Source: an uncultured Bosea sp.
GTDB taxonomy: Bacteria; Pseudomonadota; Alphaproteobacteria; Rhizobiales; Beijerinckiaceae
Assembly (NCBI GenBank): GCA_964508635.1
Contig: CAZDUL010000146.1
Span: 1-60,378, forward strand
DNA length: 60,378 nucleotides
Reading direction: 5' to 3'
The notes beneath the pieces were generated by a model, which saw nothing but the letters and a program-made list of their open reading frames with translations, did not search any database and was not told where the DNA came from. The position numbers and the translations under genes are program-made. The stretch's first letter is position 1. Every line of letters starts with the position of its first letter. Shown piece after piece: positions 51,353 to 60,378 of the stretch.

Positions 51353-53665
51353 TCAGGGAACGCCTTTCAGGCGCAGCCACGCAGCGCCGAGCAGGTTCGA
51401 GAAATCGTCCGTCCACGGCCTCGGCCCCTCGCCTGCCGCAGGCCTGATCGCAATCCAGGCGTGACGGCCGCCCATGTTCGGTAGCAGGTCCGCGATCGCC
51501 GGATTGTCGGTCACGAGCGCGAGCTCGGATGGCGCCAGGCCCGCCTTCATCTGCTCGGCCGACAGGCTTTCCGGCAGGTTGCGCCAGGTGTCCAGACCGA
51601 TCGACGCGGCGGTCGCCGCGACGAACGGAGCCAGCGTCAGGTGCCGGTTCGACAGGTGGAAGATGATCGCTCCGCCCGGCGCCAGCTTGCTGCGATACAG
51701 CGCCATGGCCTCGCGGGTCACCAGATGCAGCGGGATCGCGTCGGAGGAAAACGCATCGACGATGATGAGGTCATAGCCGGCCCTGGCGTCGCGCAGCTTC
51801 AGCCGCGCATCGCCCAGCACGATCTCGGCTCCCGGCGCGCAGGCGCTGAGGAAGGTGAAAAGCGTCGGGTTCGTGGCGATCCTCACCACGTCGGGATCGA
51901 TCTCGTAGAAGCGCCAGACCTCGCCATCCTGCCTCAGGCAGGCCTGCGAGCCGGCGCCCAGACCGATCACCGCCACATTCTGCAACGCGCCACCGCGCGC
52001 GGCGCGGCTTGCCTCGATGGCCTGATGGAACGGACCGCCCCTGTAGTAGTACTTCAGCGGATCGGGCACCACGCCCGGCGCCATCTGGTCGAGCCGCTGC
52101 GCGCCGTGGTAGGTGGTGCCGTGGCCAAGAATGCGCAGCCGGCCGTCCTCGGAAAGCGTGATCTTGCTGACGCCGAAGAAACTGCGCACGGTTTGCGTGT
52201 TCGTTCCGATGGTCAGCGCGAACTGAACCGCAAGCAGCGCAACCGCCGCTCCGATTCCGGCGAGCACCCGGCTGTGCACCGCCACCGTCATGACGATTGC
52301 GAGGAATCCCACAGCCCCGAGGCCGAGACGCCCCGAAAGCCAGGGCCAGTCCACGCGCGCGAGGTCGTGCCAAGCCATCAAGGCCAGCGCGGCGAGGATG
52401 AGGCCCGCGCCGACGGCCAGAACCGGGCGCGCGGGCGGTCGCGGCGCATCGCTCAACCGCCATGCCACCGCGAGCGCGAACAGGAGCCCGTACTCGAACA
52501 CCGTGCTGAACAGCTGCGGCGCGATCAAAGCAGCAAAGACGCCACCCAGCACGCCCCCGAACGACATCCACAGATAGAATGCCGTCAGGTGCCGCGCCGC
52601 CGGTTTGAGCCGCACCAGCTCCCCGTGGAACACCATCGCGGAAACGAACATGGCGGCGAGAACAACCGCAACCGACGCGACGATGCTGACCCCGGCAAGC
52701 GCCGACGGGAACGCGACGGCCACGACCGCCAACCCCGGCTGCCAGATCAGCATGGCGCGGTGCGACAGCCACGGTCTCGGCTGGAACGTGATGATGAAAG
52801 TGAGCAGGAACAGGGCGAGCGGCAGCACCCACAGAAGCGGCGCGGCGGCCACATCGGTGCTGATCTGCGCCGTCGCAGCCACCAGCAGCGCCGATGGCAC
52901 GAAGGCGAGACCAACCCAGATCGCCCTCAGGCGCACCGACGGTGCGGGGGCGATCTCCGCATCATCGCGCACATCGATGGCAGTCGCGACAGATGGCAGG
53001 AAGGCAGCGGCGGCGGCCACCGCGGCGATCAGCACAGCGAACCCCAAGGCCCAGACACTCGCCTGCAGCTTCACCGGCAGAAACGGTTCGACCAGGAACG
53101 GGAAGGCCAGCAGCGCGGCAAAGCTGCCGAGGTTCGAGGCCGCATAAAGGCGGTAAGGCTGATGAGCCTGCGGATGACCGGTGCGTGCGAACCACGCCTG
53201 CAGCAGCGGCCCATGCGCCGACACGGCGACGAAGGGCAGCCCGACCGACGCCGTCAGCAAGGCGATCAGCCACACCGTCGCGCCCTGCGCCGGCGGATCG
53301 CCAAGCGCCGGGCTCAAGCCGATCGGCAACGACACGACCAGCACCAGGACCATGAAGCCGATATGCAGCCGCGCGGCGGTCGTGGGCTTCAGCCATGTGG
53401 TCAGGGCGTGGGCGTAGAGATAGCCGCACAGCAGTGCCGCCTGGAAGAACACCATCGCGACGGACCAGACCGAAGGGCTGCCGCCAAGCGTCGGCAGAAC
53501 CATCTTGGCGAACATCGGCTGCACCGAAAACAGCAGGAACGCCGAAAGCCCGATCGCGGCCGCGTAGATCGGGACAATCAAACCCGCCCGCCCGGCCTGC
53601 GGCGGGGCGGCTGCGGGCGTGACGCCACAGGCAACGGCCGCCGTCGCGTCGGGTTCTTGAGACAT
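51353..53665 (-). CDS. Fused multi-TM membrane domain / spermidine synthase-like SAM-binding protein
   Basis: ~13 TM helices (LLFSVQP, LYAASNLGS), then HGTTYHG, IGLGAG, YEIDP, GDAR, DAFSSDAIPLHL, WTDDFS. Confidence 0.88.
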   Translation of the reverse strand: MSQEPDATAAVACGVTPAAAPPQAGRAGLIVPIYAAAIGLSAFLLFSVQPMFAKMVLPTLGGSPSVWSVAMVFFQAALLCGYLYAHALTTWLKPTTAARLHIGFMVLVLVVSLPIGLSPALGDPPAQGATVWLIALLTASVGLPFVAVSAHGPLLQAWFARTGHPQAHQPYRLYAASNLGSFAALLAFPFLVEPFLPVKLQASVWALGFAVLIAAVAAAAAFLPSVATAIDVRDDAEIAPAPSVRLRAIWVGLAFVPSALLVAATAQISTDVAAAPLLWVLPLALFLLTFIITFQPRPWLSHRAMLIWQPGLAVVAVAFPSALAGVSIVASVAVVLAAMFVSAMVFHGELVRLKPAARHLTAFYLWMSFGGVLGGVFAALIAPQLFSTVFEYGLLFALAVAWRLSDAPRPPARPVLAVGAGLILAALALMAWHDLARVDWPWLSGRLGLGAVGFLAIVMTVAVHSRVLAGIGAAVALLAVQFALTIGTNTQTVRSFFGVSKITLSEDGRLRILGHGTTYHGAQRLDQMAPGVVPDPLKYYYRGGPFHQAIEASRAARGGALQNVAVIGLGAGSQACLRQDGEVWRFYEIDPDVVRIATNPTLFTFLSACAPGAEIVLGDARLKLRDARAGYDLIIVDAFSSDAIPLHLVTREAMALYRSKLAPGGAIIFHLSNRHLTLAPFVAATAASIGLDTWRNLPESLSAEQMKAGLAPSELALVTDNPAIADLLPNMGGRHAWIAIRPAAGEGPRPWTDDFSNLLGAAWLRLKGVP

Positions 53666-53719
53666 GAAGGCGAGCCCCTGTTATTGCTCCACAGGGGTCA
53701 AATCCTTATGGGCAAAGGC

Positions 53720-54229
53720 TTAAGGCTGCGTAGCTGCAGGCTTCAGCGCCGCCCCCGCGCCGGCCGGGGCAGGACCATACACCGCCACCGCACGCGCCTC
53801 GAAGCTCTCGGCGAAGATGCGAAAAATGCGGTCGAAAACGGCGCCCGCCAGCATCGCCAGCATCCGGCTCCTGAACTCGTAGGTGATGTAGAACTCCACC
53901 GCCGTTCCCTCCGGCCCGCGCGAGGTGTCGGGCGTGAAGCTCCAGCGGTTCTCGAGGAACGAGAACGGGCCGTCGACATACTCCACGATGATGCGAAGGC
54001 GCGGTCTGTCCAGCGTGACGCGGCTGGTGAATCGCTCGTTGATCGACTTGTAGCCGACGCTCATGTCGGCCACGACCGTCTCGACGCCCTCATCCGACAT
54101 GACCCGCCGCTTCACCGTCAGCGCCGTGCAGAAGGGAAGGAATTGCGGGTATTTCTCGACGTCGGCGACCAGATCGAACATCTGGCGGGGCGAGTGGGCG
54201 ACACGGCGAACGGTGCGGAACGAGGGCAT
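53720..54229 (-). CDS. RatA/Coq10 START-domain protein
   Basis: MFDLVADVEKYPQFLP, ERFTSRV, GPFSFLENRW, FEARA; follows lipA. Confidence 0.9.
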   Translation of the reverse strand: MPSFRTVRRVAHSPRQMFDLVADVEKYPQFLPFCTALTVKRRVMSDEGVETVVADMSVGYKSINERFTSRVTLDRPRLRIIVEYVDGPFSFLENRWSFTPDTSRGPEGTAVEFYITYEFRSRMLAMLAGAVFDRIFRIFAESFEARAVAVYGPAPAGAGAALKPAATQP

Positions 54230-54308
54230 GGCGCGCCGCTTTACACCACTCTCGCGGCACTGTCGCGGGGACCGATGTCGCGGGGATGGATGCAGCGGCC
54301 AAACGCCG

Positions 54309-55289
54309 TCACCCGATCAGCCTCGCGGCGCGATTGGCTCTCAGCCGTGCGAAATCGTCGCCGGCATGATGGGACGAGCGCGTCAGCGGCGTGGCCGAGA
54401 CCATCAGGAAGCCCTTCGTCCAGGCGATGGTCTCATAAGCCTTGAACTGCTCGGGCGAGATGTAAGCCACCACGGGATGGTGCTTGCGGCTTGGCGCCAG
54501 ATACTGCCCGATGGTGATGAAGTCGACATCGGCCGATCGCAGGTCGTCCATGAGCTGGAGCACCTCGTTGCGCTCCTCGCCCAGCCCCACCATGATTCCC
54601 GACTTGGTGAAGATGGCAGGGTCGAGCTCCTTCACCCGCTGCAGCAAGCGGATCGAGTGGAAGTAGCGCGCACCGGGGCGCACGGTCAGATATTTCGATG
54701 CCACCGTCTCGAGGTTGTGGTTGAAGACGTCGGGCCTCGCCTTCACCACGATCTCCAGCGCGCCCTCCTTGCGCAGGAAATCGGGCGTCAGCACCTCGAT
54801 TGTCGTGGCGGGCGAGGCGGCGCGGATGGCGTGGATCACGTCGGCGAAATGCTGCGCCCCGCCGTCGGGGAGATCATCGCGGTCGACCGAGGTAATGACG
54901 ACGTGGTGCAGACCCATCCTGGCTACGGCCTCGGCGACGCGCCGCGGCTCGTCTGCATCGACCGCCTCTGGCATCCCGGTCTTGACGTTGCAGAACGCGC
55001 AGGCGCGCGTGCAGGTATCGCCCAGGATCATGAAGGTGGCGTGCTTCTGTTCCCAGCACTCGCCGATGTTGGGGCACCCGGCCTCCTCGCACACCGTGAC
55101 CAGCTTGTTCTGCTTCACGATGGCGTGCGTCTCGGCCCATTTCGGCGAGCCCGGCGCCTTGACGCGGATCCAGTCCGGCTTCGGCAGCGCCGGGTTTTCC
55201 GGCCTTCTCGCCTTTTCGGGGTGGCGCTGCGTCAAGCGCGCCTGCGCCTTTCTCGGGTCGGCGTTGAGCAGGTCGAGAACGACGGCCAT
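54309..55289 (-). CDS. lipA: Lipoyl synthase
   Basis: [24 protein letters not shown]. Confidence 0.97.
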   Translation of the reverse strand: MAVVLDLLNADPRKAQARLTQRHPEKARRPENPALPKPDWIRVKAPGSPKWAETHAIVKQNKLVTVCEEAGCPNIGECWEQKHATFMILGDTCTRACAFCNVKTGMPEAVDADEPRRVAEAVARMGLHHVVITSVDRDDLPDGGAQHFADVIHAIRAASPATTIEVLTPDFLRKEGALEIVVKARPDVFNHNLETVASKYLTVRPGARYFHSIRLLQRVKELDPAIFTKSGIMVGLGEERNEVLQLMDDLRSADVDFITIGQYLAPSRKHHPVVAYISPEQFKAYETIAWTKGFLMVSATPLTRSSHHAGDDFARLRANRAARLIG

Positions 55290-55329
55290 GCCTTGTCTCC
55301 GGGCGATGAGCGGCGAGATCGCCGTGCAA

Positions 55330-55593
55330 TCAGCGGCTGACGAAGCGCGCAATCAGGATGACCACGACACCGCCGACGACCGCCGAGACGAGGCTGTGCA
55401 GCAGCGGCCCGCCGAAACCGAAGCCGAAAAAGCGGAAGATGGCGTGCCCGACCATGGCCCCGAGAAGGCCGACCACGATGTTGCGCGCAAGACCGCCGCC
55501 GCCGCCCGCCAGAAGCCCGGCGAGCCAGCCCGCCACCGCCCCGAAAGCCAGCGTCACCAGCAACCAGGCGAATCCACCGCCACCGAAACCCAT
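55330..55593 (-). CDS. GlsB/YeaQ/YmgE family membrane protein
   Basis: [20 protein letters not shown], 3 TM helices; GGAGG RBS. Confidence 0.85.
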   Translation of the reverse strand: MGFGGGGFAWLLVTLAFGAVAGWLAGLLAGGGGGLARNIVVGLLGAMVGHAIFRFFGFGFGGPLLHSLVSAVVGGVVVILIARFVSR

Positions 55594-55607
55594 GCTTGCC
55601 TCCTGCA

Positions 55608-57044
55608 TCAGGCGTTGAGCGCGCGCCCATAGGCGTCGAGCACGCTTTCCTTCATCATCTCAGACAGCGTCGGATGCGGAAAGACCGTGTGCATCAGCTC
55701 CTCCTCGGTCGTCTCCAGCCCCATCGCCACCACGAAGCCCTGGATGAGCTCCGTCACCTCCGCGCCGACCATGTGCGCGCCGAGCAGCTTGCCGGTCTTC
55801 GCGTCGAAGATCGTCTTGATCAGGCCATGATCCTCGCCGAGCGCGATCGCCTTGCCGTTGGCGGCGAAGGAAAAGCGGCCGACCTTGAGGGTGTGCCCGG
55901 CCTCCTTCGCCCTGGCCTCGGTCAGGCCGACACTCGCCACCTGCGGCTGACAATAGGTGCAACCGGGGATCTTGTCCTTCTCCATCGGATGCACGGGAAG
56001 ACCCTTGATGTTCTCGACACAGATCACGCCCTCATGCTCCGCCTTGTGCGCCAGCATCGGCGGGCCGGCGACGTCGCCGATGGCGTAGATCCCCTTTACA
56101 TTCGTCCGGCCATAGCCATCGGTGACGATGCAGCCGCGCTCGGTCTTCACGCCCAGCGCCTCGAGGCCGAGATGCTCGATGTTGCCGACCACGCCGACCG
56201 CCGAGATCATGCGCTCGGCTGTGATGTCGGTTGTCTTGCCGTCGGCCTCGATGGTGGCGGTGATGCTGTTTGCGCCTTTCACCACCTTCACGACCTTGGC
56301 CGAGGTCATGATCTTCATGCCCTGCTTTTCCATGATCTTGCGGGCAAGCGCGGAGATTTCCGCATCCTCCACCGGCATGATGCGGTCCATCACCTCGACC
56401 ACGGTCACATCGCAACCCATGGTCCTGTAGAACGAGGCGAACTCGATGCCGATGGCGCCGGACCCCATCACCAGCAGCGACTTCGGCATCTCTGACGGGA
56501 CCATGGCCTCGAAATAGGTCCAGATCAGCTTGCCGTCCGGTTCGATGCCGGGCAGCACGCGCGGCCGCGCGCCGGTCGCGACGATGATGTGACTTGCCGT
56601 GTAGATGCCTTCGCCCAGCGTCCCCTTCGGCGCCGGATGCGCCGGCTGCACGGCGGGCTTGGACGGCTTGCCCACGACGATCTCCCCGGGTCTGGTCAGC
56701 CTCGCCTCGCCCCAGATCACATCGATCTTGTTCTTCTTCATCAGGAAGCCGACGCCGCCGTTCAGCCGCGCGGAGACGCCGCGCGAGCGGGCGACGACGG
56801 CCTTCACATCGGGCCTGATGCTTCCTTCCAGCACCAGGCCGTAGCTCTTCGCGTTCTCGGCATGGTGCAGGATGTCCGCCGAACGCAGCAGCGCCTTGGT
56901 CGGGATGCATCCCCAGTTCAGGCAGATGCCGCCAAGGTGCTCGCGCTCGACGATGGCCGTCTTCAGACCCAGCTGCGCCGCGCGGATGGCAGCGACATAG
57001 CCGCCTGGGCCAGAGCCGATGATGATGATGTCGTATGCCGACAT
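55608..57044 (-). CDS. lpdA: Dihydrolipoamide dehydrogenase (E3)
   Basis: GSGPGGY, GGICLNWGCIPTK, GSGAIG, HPTLSE. Confidence 0.97.
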   Translation of the reverse strand: MSAYDIIIIGSGPGGYVAAIRAAQLGLKTAIVEREHLGGICLNWGCIPTKALLRSADILHHAENAKSYGLVLEGSIRPDVKAVVARSRGVSARLNGGVGFLMKKNKIDVIWGEARLTRPGEIVVGKPSKPAVQPAHPAPKGTLGEGIYTASHIIVATGARPRVLPGIEPDGKLIWTYFEAMVPSEMPKSLLVMGSGAIGIEFASFYRTMGCDVTVVEVMDRIMPVEDAEISALARKIMEKQGMKIMTSAKVVKVVKGANSITATIEADGKTTDITAERMISAVGVVGNIEHLGLEALGVKTERGCIVTDGYGRTNVKGIYAIGDVAGPPMLAHKAEHEGVICVENIKGLPVHPMEKDKIPGCTYCQPQVASVGLTEARAKEAGHTLKVGRFSFAANGKAIALGEDHGLIKTIFDAKTGKLLGAHMVGAEVTELIQGFVVAMGLETTEEELMHTVFPHPTLSEMMKESVLDAYGRALNA

Positions 57045-57098
57045 GGCCGCTCCTTCCCTGACTGAACGCACGCTGGGAAGGCCAGGCCGGGTCCGGCG

Positions 57099-57335
57099 TC
57101 AGCCTCGCAGCATCGCGTAGATCTCATCCTTCAGCCGCAAGCGCTGCTTGCGGAATCCCTCGATCGTCATGTCATCCATCGGCTCGATGTTGGTTTCGGC
57201 CCGATGGATCGTCCGGTTCACCTCGTGATACGCCTCGGCGAGCCGGGCGAAATGCGCATTGGAGCCCTTCAGAGCCTGGATCTTCCCGACATGCTCGGGA
57301 AACTCCTCTGCCAGTTCGTGCGGTGTGTGCGACAT
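57099..57335 (-). CDS. DUF465/YdcH family protein
   Basis: MSHTPHELAEEFP, HFARL..YHEVNR, RLRLKDEI. Confidence 0.85.
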   Translation of the reverse strand: MSHTPHELAEEFPEHVGKIQALKGSNAHFARLAEAYHEVNRTIHRAETNIEPMDDMTIEGFRKQRLRLKDEIYAMLRG

Positions 57336-57411
57336 GATCTACTTCCCTTGAGCCTGCATCGCAGGCTGTTCGTGACGCTGCTGAGTGTGGCGCCTCGCCA
57401 CAGCGCAACGA

Positions 57412-57425
57412 TTGGGATGGATCAA
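57412..57425 (-). promoter_or_regulatory. FNR/FixK-like box upstream of the DUF465 gene
   Basis: Minus strand TTGAT-CCAT-CCCAA, centred ~83 nt upstream of ATG 57335. Confidence 0.4.
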
Positions 57426-57465
57426 GGCACTTGCGCGAACCGCGATCGGTGGAACAGCCTCCTCC

Positions 57466-57870
57466 TCAAAGATGCTCGAACCACGCCAGCGCCGCGATCG
57501 CCGGCACCGCAAGCGCCACCCAGGCGCCGTAGCGGCGGTTGACCTCCGCGATGCTGGCGTCCCCCTCCCCGCCATGGTGGCCGAGCGCCAGCGTGGAGCC
57601 GATCGTCGGCAGCATCACCGCCGATAACGCAACGCCGCCCAGCACGCCGAAGACGATGAGGCCGAAGCCCCATGCGTAGCCGTTCGCAACGATCGCGAGC
57701 AGCATCAGCAACGCCGCCCCGGCCAGCGACAGCCAGCCAGACGCCGCCCCGAGCCTCTGCGAGGCATGGAGCTTCGCCGGATCATGGCCGGACTGCTGCA
57801 ATCCCACCCGCAGCAGCTGCGAGCGCAGGATGAAGAGCGACAGCCCAGCGAGGATGAGGAAGGTGGTCAT
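57466..57870 (-). CDS. Hypothetical 4-TM membrane protein
   Basis: MTTFLILAGLSLFIL...; four hydrophobic stretches; co-oriented inside the pdh cluster. Confidence 0.7.
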   Translation of the reverse strand: MTTFLILAGLSLFILRSQLLRVGLQQSGHDPAKLHASQRLGAASGWLSLAGAALLMLLAIVANGYAWGFGLIVFGVLGGVALSAVMLPTIGSTLALGHHGGEGDASIAEVNRRYGAWVALAVPAIAALAWFEHL

Positions 57871-57927
57871 CTTTGCCCCTGCTTCCCGGAGCCCCCAGGC
57901 CTGACCGTGCAACACCAGGCACCTCCG

Positions 57928-57957
57928 GGATGGCCGGGCCGCGGCCCGGCCATGACG
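57928..57957. repeat. REP-like palindrome just after pdhC
   Basis: Perfect 24-bp palindrome ATGGCCGGGCCGCGGCCCGGCCAT (57930-57953) ending in GACG, similar to 7759-7788. Confidence 0.7.
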
Positions 57958-57960
57958 CGA

Positions 57961-59346
57961 TCAGACAAGCATTCCCATCGGGTTCTCGATGTAGCGCTTG
58001 AACGCCGCAAGCGCCTCGGCCCCCAGCGCACCATCGACGGCCCGATGGTCGGTGGAGAGCGTCACGCTCATGATCGTGGCGACGCCAAGAGCACCGTCGC
58101 CCCTGACCACGGGGCGCTTCTCTCCGGCACCCACCGCGAGAATGGTCGCGTGCGGCGGGTTCACCACGGCGGCGAAGTCCTTGATGCCGAACATGCCGAG
58201 ATTCGACACCGCCGTTGAGCCACCCTGATACTCCTCGGGCTTCAGCTTCCGGTTCCTGGCGCGCGCCGCCATGTCCTTCATCTCGTTCGAGATGGCGGAC
58301 AGCGTCTTGTGGCAGGCATCGCGGATGATGGGGGTGATGAGCCCGCCGGGAATCGACACCGCCACGCCGACATCGACATGGGCATGCTTCAGCATCGCGC
58401 TGTCGGTCCACGACACGTTGGCGTCCGGCACGGCGCGCAGCGCCATGGCCCAGGCCTTGATGACCATGTCGTTGACCGAAAGCTTGTAGGCCGGCTTGCC
58501 GTCGCTGACCGGCGCGGCCGCATTGATCTGTTCGCGAAGCGACAGCAGCGCGTCGAGCTGGCAATCGACCGTCAGGTAGAAGTGCGGGATGGTCTGTTTC
58601 GCCTCGGTCAGGCGGCGCGCGATCGTCTTGCGCATGCCATCGTGCGGAACCTCGGTGAAGGAGCCGGGCGCGAAAAGCTTCCTCACCGCATCGTCGGACG
58701 GTCCGGTTGCGGGCGCTGCGGCCTGCGCAGGCGCGGCAACCGGAGCCGCCGCCTTCGCCTCTGGCGCGGACGGGGCCGAAATCTGCGCCACCGCGGCCAT
58801 CGGCGTTCCACCGGCCCGGGCCGCCTTCACGTCGCGCTCGACGATCCGCCCATGCGGACCCGAGCCGACGACGCGCGACAGATCGATACCGAACTCCTTC
58901 GCCAGACGCCGCGCGAGCGGCGAGGCGAAGAGACGCGGCGCTCCGGAAACAGGGGCCGCAGCAGGAGCCGGGGCGGCAGCCGCGGGCGCGGCCTCGCTCA
59001 CCGCGGATGGCAAAGCTGCCGCAGCAGCGGCAGCAGGCACAGCCGCAGCCGGCGCAGACGCCGGCCGGGGCGCAGCGCCGGCCGTCACGCCTGCCGGGTC
59101 CTCACCCTCCGCAGCGATCAGCCCGATCAGCTCGTTGACGGGAACATCGGCTGTTCCGGCCGGCACGACAATCCTGGCGAGGACGCCCTCGTCCACCGCC
59201 TCGACCTCCATGGTCGCCTTGTCGGTCTCGATCTCGGCGAGGATGTCGCCGGACTTGACCCTGTCGCCTTCCTTCTTGAGCCACCTGGCGAGATTGCCTT
59301 TCTCCATCGTGGGAGAGAGGGCCGGCATGAGGATGTTGATGGGCAT
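57961..59346 (-). CDS. pdhC: Pyruvate dehydrogenase E2 dihydrolipoamide acetyltransferase
   Basis: Lipoyl ETDKATME, ASPLARRLA E3-binding domain, DHRAVDG. Confidence 0.96.
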   Translation of the reverse strand: MPINILMPALSPTMEKGNLARWLKKEGDRVKSGDILAEIETDKATMEVEAVDEGVLARIVVPAGTADVPVNELIGLIAAEGEDPAGVTAGAAPRPASAPAAAVPAAAAAAALPSAVSEAAPAAAAPAPAAAPVSGAPRLFASPLARRLAKEFGIDLSRVVGSGPHGRIVERDVKAARAGGTPMAAVAQISAPSAPEAKAAAPVAAPAQAAAPATGPSDDAVRKLFAPGSFTEVPHDGMRKTIARRLTEAKQTIPHFYLTVDCQLDALLSLREQINAAAPVSDGKPAYKLSVNDMVIKAWAMALRAVPDANVSWTDSAMLKHAHVDVGVAVSIPGGLITPIIRDACHKTLSAISNEMKDMAARARNRKLKPEEYQGGSTAVSNLGMFGIKDFAAVVNPPHATILAVGAGEKRPVVRGDGALGVATIMSVTLSTDHRAVDGALGAEALAAFKRYIENPMGMLV

Positions 59347-59358
59347 CGATGCGGCTCC

Positions 59359-60378
59359 TCAGCGGTAGGTGACGGCCTTCACGGCCGCGATCACCTCGGC
59401 CACGCTGGGCAAGGCGAGCTTCTCGAGATTGGCGGCGTAGGGCATCGGCACATCCTTGCCGGTGACGCGCAGCACGGGCGCGTCGAGATAGTCGAAGGCG
59501 CGGATCATCACCTGCGTCGCGATCTCGGCGGTGACGCCCGACTGCGGGAAGCCCTCCTCCACCGCGACGCAGCGGCCGGTCTTCATCACCGAGGCGATGA
59601 TCGTGTCGACGTCCATCGGCCGGATGGTGCGCAGGTCGATGATCTCGACGTCGATGCCCTCCTTTTCGAGCTCGGCGGCCGCCTTGACGCAATAGGTCAT
59701 GCCGATGCCGAAGGAGACGAGCGTGCAGTCCGTGCCCGGCCGGTGGATGCGGGCCTTGCCGATCGGCACGGTCCAGTCATCGCGTTTCGGAACGGGGAAA
59801 GACTGGCCGTAGAGGATCTCGTTCTCGAGGAACACGACCGGGTTGGGATCGCGGATGGCACTTTTCAGCAGGCCCTTCGCGTCGGCGGCCGTGTAGGGCA
59901 TCACGACCTTGAGGCCCGGCACATGGGAATACCAGGCGGCGTAATCTTGGCTGTGCTGGGCGGCGACGCGCGCGGCCGCGCCGTTCGGGCCGCGGAACAC
60001 GATCGGGCAGCCGAGCTGGCCGCCGGACATGTAGAGCGTCTTGGCCGCCGAATTGATGATGTGGTCGATCGCCTGCATGGCGAAGTTGAAGGTCATGAAC
60101 TCGACGATGGGGCGCAGCCCTTCGAACGCCGCGCCGACGCCGATGCCGGCGAAACCGTGCTCGGTGATCGGCGTGTCGAGCACGCGCTTCGGACCGAACT
60201 CCTGCAAGAGCCCCTGCGTGACCTTGTAGGCGCCCTGATATTCGGCCACCTCCTCGCCCATCACGAAGACGTTCGGATCGGCGCGCATCTCTTCCGCCAT
60301 GGCGTCGCGCAGCGCCTCGCGCACCGTCATGCTGACCATTTCGGTGCCGGGGGGCAGCTCCGCTGACGCATCGTAGGC
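59359..60378 (-). CDS. pdhB: Pyruvate dehydrogenase E1 beta, 5'-partial
   Basis: [33 protein letters not shown]. The frame stays open to the window edge ([13 protein letters not shown] linker), consistent with an upstream lipoyl domain. Confidence 0.95.
   Translation of the reverse strand, partial: AYDASAELPPGTEMVSMTVREALRDAMAEEMRADPNVFVMGEEVAEYQGAYKVTQGLLQEFGPKRVLDTPITEHGFAGIGVGAAFEGLRPIVEFMTFNFAMQAIDHIINSAAKTLYMSGGQLGCPIVFRGPNGAAARVAAQHSQDYAAWYSHVPGLKVVMPYTAADAKGLLKSAIRDPNPVVFLENEILYGQSFPVPKRDDWTVPIGKARIHRPGTDCTLVSFGIGMTYCVKAAAELEKEGIDVEIIDLRTIRPMDVDTIIASVMKTGRCVAVEEGFPQSGVTAEIATQVMIRAFDYLDAPVLRVTGKDVPMPYAANLEKLALPSVAEVIAAVKAVTYR

Noticed and set aside
53720-54229. Toxin-antitoxin system (RatA label)
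   Set aside because: No antitoxin partner; the family is Coq10-like and a routine lipA neighbour in alphaproteobacteria.
58700-59100. GCA/GCC-rich repetitive tracts
   Set aside because: They encode the normal Ala/Pro linkers of PDH E2.

Overview
A high-GC core-genome segment from an alphaproteobacterium of the Hyphomicrobiales (Rhizobiales) type. The taxon is inferred from gene order and protein families. In order, it carries pdxA(partial)-rsmA, fabD-fabG-acpP-fabF-mltG-yicC, a TRAP transporter, a class II B12-dependent ribonucleotide reductase (nrdJ, broken by a 1-nt frameshift), NDUFA12-DUF2155-aat, a Pho-boxed phnDCEE transporter, lipB/FliN-like/tRNA-Leu(GAG), fpr, hspQ, mgtE, a deacetylase plus two GT4 genes, rimO, dusB-ntrB-ntrC-ntrY-ntrX-hfq, ispDF-cinA and pdhB(partial)-pdhC-lpdA-lipA-ratA. 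I found no mobile element, prophage, CRISPR array or defence system, and I cannot support a new multi-gene system here. The best leads are non-coding or structural. (1) The 720-bp region upstream of nrdJ has six GANTC sites, DnaA-like boxes, tandem NrdR boxes and a ~300-nt structured leader with a G-quadruplex/hairpin alternative. (2) nrdJ is frameshifted in mid-barrel. (3) dusB has no canonical start upstream of its conserved LAPM motif. (4) gmk, hflX and accBC are missing from their usual positions. (5) A 59-aa membrane ORF is missed by the ORF track. (6) An orphan FliN-like gene has a CtrA-like box. All homology calls come from motif recognition, not database searches.
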